Shown here: piece by piece, positions 59,520 through 64,000 of the stretch | Position numbering within the stretch: position 1 is the first letter of the stretch | Layout of the letters: every line of letters starts with the position of its first letter | Assembly (NCBI GenBank): GCA_017390585.1 | Contig: JAFPBB010000042.1 | Coordinates: 5,923-69,922 of the forward strand | From: Tidjanibacter sp. | GTDB taxonomy: Bacteria; Bacteroidota; Bacteroidia; Bacteroidales; Rikenellaceae | Length of the DNA: 64,000 bases | Direction of reading: 5' to 3' | The notes under the pieces: generated by a model | Told to the model about the DNA's origin: nothing | Database searches by the model: none | What the model saw: the letters and a program-made list of their open reading frames with translations, nothing else | Program-made: the position numbers and the translations under genes

Positions 59520-60131
59520 GTGGCAGAAGATACCTATAAAACCATAGTCGGCACCGCCGAGGCAGTCGTCAAGGAGCGTAGTAGCAAGTTCCTTGCGCTT
59601 GCCTACCACGTCACATCCGCCGAGCAGGTCAGGGAGATTATGGAACCTCTACGCAAGAAGTTCTATGACGCAACCCACCACTGCTATGCCTACCGACTCG
59701 GTCCGAAGGGTGAGGAGTGGAGAGCCAACGACGATGGCGAACCTTCGGGTACGGCTGGCAAACCCATTCTGGGTCAGCTTCTTTCGAGGGATATTACGGA
59801 CTGTCTTGTGGTGGTAGTGAGGTGGTTTGGCGGAACAAAACTTGGAGTTCCGGGGTTGATTGAGACCTATCGCGAATCGACCGTAGCAGTGCTCGATGTT
59901 GCCAAAGTGGAGGAGCGCACGGTGGATAGGATCTTCTCTATCCGCTATCCATTTGAGAGTATGGATGGAGTAATGAGGGCCGTGAAGGCTGTGGGACCAA
60001 GGATTATTGAGCAGACTTTCGACAATATGTGTCAGATGCGACTTGCCGTGAGACTCACAATGGCCGACCAACTTTTTGCACGACTCGAAAAGGTTGAAGG
60101 AATATCGTTTGAGGATGAAAAAGAGGTATAA
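59520..60131 (+). CDS. YigZ/IMPACT family protein
   Basis: SKFLA, ATHHCYAY, DDGEPSGTAG, RWFGGTKLG. Confidence 0.9.
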   Translation: MAEDTYKTIVGTAEAVVKERSSKFLALAYHVTSAEQVREIMEPLRKKFYDATHHCYAYRLGPKGEEWRANDDGEPSGTAGKPILGQLLSRDITDCLVVVVRWFGGTKLGVPGLIETYRESTVAVLDVAKVEERTVDRIFSIRYPFESMDGVMRAVKAVGPRIIEQTFDNMCQMRLAVRLTMADQLFARLEKVEGISFEDEKEV

Positions 60132-62913
60132 TTCCATATATATCAAAGGTGCCAGAGTCCACAATCTCAAGAATATAGAGGTTGACATACCTCATTGCAA
60201 ACTTGTGGTTGTGACAGGACTCTCGGGCTCCGGAAAGTCGACTCTCGCATTCGACACCATCTTTGCCGAGGGGCAGAGGAGGTATGTTGAGAGTCTCTCG
60301 ACCTATGCCCGTCAATTCCTCGGGCGCATAGAGAAACCCGATGTGGACATCATCCGAGGCATTGCCCCCGCAATCGCCATAGAACAGAAGGTTACCTCTC
60401 GCAATCCCCGCTCAACCGTGGGCACTTCGACTGAAATCTACGACTACCTCAAGTTGCTCTTTGCCCGAGTGGGTCGCACCTACTCACCGGTGTCGGGTAG
60501 GGAAGTTGTGTGCTATCAGCCCCAAGATGTTGTGGCACATATTCTCCAACTTGACGAGGGCACACCCGTCATAATCGCAGCACCATTTCAAGTGGCGGAG
60601 AATGAGAGCCCCATCGAGCGTCTGACATTGCTGATGGAAGAGGGTGTGCAGAGGTTTCTCCACCGAGGCGAAATGTTTCTGGCGGAGGACTTTGTTGCAA
60701 GTGGCCAAGCTGAGAGGGCCGACGCAAAGGATGTGGCCATTGTTGTGGACCGTGTGAGGGTCTCGCCGAGCGACGATATGATTAGCCGAATAGGTGACTC
60801 GGTGGCAAGGGCAATGGAGGTTGGCAAAGGCGTGTGTCGCCTGATAATCAATGGTGTGGCAGAGGAATTTAGCTCGCGCTTTGAGGCGGATGGCATCACC
60901 TTTGAGCAACCACACGAACACCTATTTTCTTTCAACAACCCCATAGGTGCCTGTCCCATTTGTGAGGGCTATGGCAAGGTGACGGGCATCGATGAAAACC
61001 TCGTTGTGCCCGATAGGAACAAAAGTATTTTCGACAATGCAATTGCCTGCTGGCGAGGTGCTTCGATGAGTTGGTGGCGTGACCAACTTGTGGAAAATGC
61101 CCACAAATTCGGCTTCCCAATCCACGCTCCATATCACAGCCTGACGCAGGCACAACGACGACTGTTGTGGTCGGGTAATGACTATTTTCACGGACTTGAT
61201 GACTTTTTCCAATTTCTTGAGAAAGAGAGATATAAGGTTCAATATAGGGTGATGCTCTCGCGCTTCACGGGCAAAACATTGTGCCCCGAATGCGAGGGAG
61301 CAAGACTCCGTAAGGAGGCTCTATGGGTGAGAGTTGGAGGCAAGAATATTGCAGAGATCGTTAGGATGCCCATAGACGAACTAATCGCCTTTTTTGCAAC
61401 ATTGGAGTTGGACGCCAACGAATCGGTTAAGGCCGATAGAGTGCTGAAGGAGATTAAAACGAGGGCGCAATACCTCTCCGATGTGGGACTCGGATACCTT
61501 ACCCTCGATAGGCTTTCGTCAACCCTCTCTGGCGGTGAGAGTCAGAGGGTTAACCTATCCACATCGCTCGGAAGCAATCTTACGGGCTCGCTCTACATCC
61601 TTGATGAGCCGAGCATCGGTCTCCATCCGAGAGATACAAATAGGCTTATTGCCGTGCTCAAACAACTCCGAGATATGGGCAATACGGTTATTGTTGTGGA
61701 ACACGAGGAGGAGGTTATTCGAGCAGCCGATCACATTTTGGACATCGGGCCCGAGGCGGGTGTCAATGGCGGTGAGGTTGTGTATAGCGGCTCCTTAGAG
61801 GGCATTGGAAGTGCAGAACGAAGTCTTACTGCCGATTACTTGGCAGGTAGGAAATCCATATCTATGCCTATTAGCAGACGTGGCTGGAGTAATTCGATTA
61901 CTATCCGAGGTGCAAGGGAGAACAATCTCAAAGGGCTGAATGTGACTATCCCTCTGGGAGTTATGACTTGTGTGACGGGAGTTAGCGACAGTGGAAAATC
62001 CTCACTGATAGAGGGAATACTCTATCCAGCGCTGCGAAGACACATCTACGAGACGGGTAACAAGCCCGGTGGATATGAGGGGTTGTCGGGCGATGTAGAC
62101 CTAATTAAATCGGTGGAGATGGTGGACCAAAGCCCCATTGGCAAGTCGTTGCGCTCCAACCCCGTAACCTACACCAAGGCCTACAACGAAATACGCCAAC
62201 TATTTGCCTCTCAGCCCTATGCGCTGCACAATGGTATCACGCAATCGCACTTCTCGTTCAACCGACCCGGCGGAAGGTGCGAGGAGTGTCAGGGCGAGGG
62301 CATGATCCGAGTGGAGATGCAGTTTATGGCCGATGTGGAATTGAAGTGCGAACACTGCGGAGGCAAGCGATTTGGTGAGGAGGTGCTTGAGGTGCGCTAT
62401 CGCGGCAAGACCATTTCGGATGTTCTGGAGATGAGTGTCGACGATGCAATTGAGTTTTTCGGAGCAGAAAAGGAGAGTATCAACAACCGTATCGTAGCCA
62501 CACTCAGGACTTTGCAAGATGTGGGACTTGGATACATCAAGCTCGGTCAGTCGACCTCGACGCTCTCGGGTGGAGAAATCCAGAGGGTGAAGCTGGCCTC
62601 CTATCTGATGGGAGAAGATACCACTGTGGGCACAATGTTTATTTTCGATGAGCCCACCACGGGACTCCATTTCCACGACATCAACAAGCTCCTTGCAGCA
62701 TTCGGTGCACTGCTGAAAAAGGGACACACGATAGTGGTCATCGAGCACAATCTCGACGTCATCAAGAGCGCCGATTGGATTGTCGACCTCGGCCCCGAGG
62801 CTGGTGACAAAGGCGGTAATCTTGTCTATGCAGGCACTCCCGAGGGACTGCTCGAGTGCGAAGAGAGCTATACGGGTCGCTATCTTCGCGCACATATTGA
62901 AACAAATAAGTAG
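60115..62913 (+). CDS. uvrA: Excinuclease ABC subunit A paralog (copy 2; start at ATG 60115)
   Basis: [33 protein letters not shown] and zinc modules. Confidence 0.93.
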   Translation: MKKRYNSIYIKGARVHNLKNIEVDIPHCKLVVVTGLSGSGKSTLAFDTIFAEGQRRYVESLSTYARQFLGRIEKPDVDIIRGIAPAIAIEQKVTSRNPRSTVGTSTEIYDYLKLLFARVGRTYSPVSGREVVCYQPQDVVAHILQLDEGTPVIIAAPFQVAENESPIERLTLLMEEGVQRFLHRGEMFLAEDFVASGQAERADAKDVAIVVDRVRVSPSDDMISRIGDSVARAMEVGKGVCRLIINGVAEEFSSRFEADGITFEQPHEHLFSFNNPIGACPICEGYGKVTGIDENLVVPDRNKSIFDNAIACWRGASMSWWRDQLVENAHKFGFPIHAPYHSLTQAQRRLLWSGNDYFHGLDDFFQFLEKERYKVQYRVMLSRFTGKTLCPECEGARLRKEALWVRVGGKNIAEIVRMPIDELIAFFATLELDANESVKADRVLKEIKTRAQYLSDVGLGYLTLDRLSSTLSGGESQRVNLSTSLGSNLTGSLYILDEPSIGLHPRDTNRLIAVLKQLRDMGNTVIVVEHEEEVIRAADHILDIGPEAGVNGGEVVYSGSLEGIGSAERSLTADYLAGRKSISMPISRRGWSNSITIRGARENNLKGLNVTIPLGVMTCVTGVSDSGKSSLIEGILYPALRRHIYETGNKPGGYEGLSGDVDLIKSVEMVDQSPIGKSLRSNPVTYTKAYNEIRQLFASQPYALHNGITQSHFSFNRPGGRCEECQGEGMIRVEMQFMADVELKCEHCGGKRFGEEVLEVRYRGKTISDVLEMSVDDAIEFFGAEKESINNRIVATLRTLQDVGLGYIKLGQSTSTLSGGEIQRVKLASYLMGEDTTVGTMFIFDEPTTGLHFHDINKLLAAFGALLKKGHTIVVIEHNLDVIKSADWIVDLGPEAGDKGGNLVYAGTPEGLLECEESYTGRYLRAHIETNK

Positions 62914-62915
62914 CT

Positions 62916-64000
62916 GTGAAAGAGGATTTTTACATACATACTCTCCCCAATGGAATCCGTTGCGTGCTCAAACAAGTGCGTAGCGCGGTGTGCTACTGCT
63001 CTATGACAATTGGTGCGGGCAGTCGTGACGAGCTCGCAGGTGAATATGGCGCAGCACATCTGTTGGAGCACACACTTTTCAAGGGGACAGAGAGGCGCAA
63101 AGCCTACCAAGTGAACTGCCGACTCGAGAATCTCGGCGGCGAAATCAACGCCTTCACCACCAAAGAAGAGACGGTGGTTCACGCCACGGTGATGAAGGGC
63201 GACTTCGGAAAGGCGGTTGAACTCATTGGCGACATCATCTTCCATTCCAAATTCCCCGAGGTGGAGGTGGAGAAAGAAAAGGAGGTGATCTACGACGAAA
63301 TCAATATGTATAAAGACTCCCCCGAGGAGCGTATATACGATGATTTTGAGGACCTTATCTTTGCTGGTTCGCAACTCGGCCACAACATTCTTGGGCGCAA
63401 ACGGACCATATCCAAGCTACACTCCGAGCAGATACGCTCCTTCGTTGAGCGCAATTACACAACTGATAGGATGGTTTTTGCAACCATCGGTAACATCTCA
63501 CCCAGCGCCTTTACGAAGGCTGTTGAGAAATACTTTGGCGCGGAATCGGCAACAACCAAAGCCAACGATAGGGTGGTGCCCGAGTTGGTGGAGCGCTTCG
63601 ACAAAGTGGTTTCACACCCCTCGCACCATCAAGTGAGATGCATACTCGGAACTCGAGCCTATCCGCTGGAGGACAAGCGACGTCTGGCACTCATACTGAT
63701 GACAAACATCCTCGGTGGCCCCTCGGCTGCATCACGTCTGAATGTGGCTCTCAGGGAACGTAATGCGTTGACCTACTGCGTTGAAGCATTGTACACACCG
63801 CTGAGTGACTGCGGTATGCTGACCATCTATTTCTCCTGTGACAAGGACAAAGTTGAGCAATGCAGGGAGGTGATTGACAAGGAGTTGCAACGAATTATGG
63901 AGCAACCGCTGACGCCTCGACAACTCTCCATTGCAAAGAAACAGTTCATCGGCCAATTCACAATCTCGGCAGAGAACAACGAGGCCTATATGCTCGGCGT
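62916..64000 (+). CDS. M16 (pitrilysin) family zinc peptidase, 3'-truncated; absent from the ORF track
   Basis: Hand translation from GTG 62916 gives MKEDFYIHTLPNGIR...GSRDE...AHLLEHTLFKGT (HxxEH) and later NAFT. Confidence 0.88.
   Translation, partial: MKEDFYIHTLPNGIRCVLKQVRSAVCYCSMTIGAGSRDELAGEYGAAHLLEHTLFKGTERRKAYQVNCRLENLGGEINAFTTKEETVVHATVMKGDFGKAVELIGDIIFHSKFPEVEVEKEKEVIYDEINMYKDSPEERIYDDFEDLIFAGSQLGHNILGRKRTISKLHSEQIRSFVERNYTTDRMVFATIGNISPSAFTKAVEKYFGAESATTKANDRVVPELVERFDKVVSHPSHHQVRCILGTRAYPLEDKRRLALILMTNILGGPSAASRLNVALRERNALTYCVEALYTPLSDCGMLTIYFSCDKDKVEQCREVIDKELQRIMEQPLTPRQLSIAKKQFIGQFTISAENNEAYMLG

Noticed and set aside
62880-63956. Track ORFs at 62880-63383, 63340-63636 and 63732-63956
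   Set aside because: These are alternative frames over the real M16 peptidase gene, which starts at 62916 and runs off the window.

Overview
Ordinary chromosomal window from a Bacteroidales bacterium, probably Rikenellaceae/Alistipes-like (inferred from TTTG-N19-TAnnTTTG promoters and the nusB-DUF1573-yajC, DUF349-pyrG-yidC and dapB-lepB gene orders). I saw no phage, IS element, integrase or CRISPR array. The left half holds housekeeping genes: an AddB-like nuclease fragment, glnA, an aldehyde dehydrogenase, a small lipid module, uvrA, rpmF-plsX, tRNA-Arg and tRNA-Gln, glsA, ackA-ptb-buk, pyrG, yidC and mutS. A 23 kb co-directional nucleotide-synthesis cluster follows: pyrC-K-D-F-E-B, then purE-L-C-F-M-N-H-D-folD-purB-purA-guaB-guaA. 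The window ends with truA, dapB, lepB, yigZ, a second uvrA and a truncated M16 peptidase. The main signal is missing from the ORF track. Each half of the cluster has a leader made of a promoter, a short leader ORF (32 aa for pyr, 52 aa for pur) and an intrinsic terminator that the ORF stop overlaps or abuts. The tract before the terminator is U-rich in the pyr leader and purine-rich in the pur leader. This suggests a matched pair of NTP-sensing, translation-coupled attenuators, or alternatively an unrecognised riboswitch before purE. PurF and GuaA also show degenerate glutaminase domains, and PyrB carries a fused PyrI-like zinc domain. All calls come from reading motifs by eye; no searches or folding programs were run.
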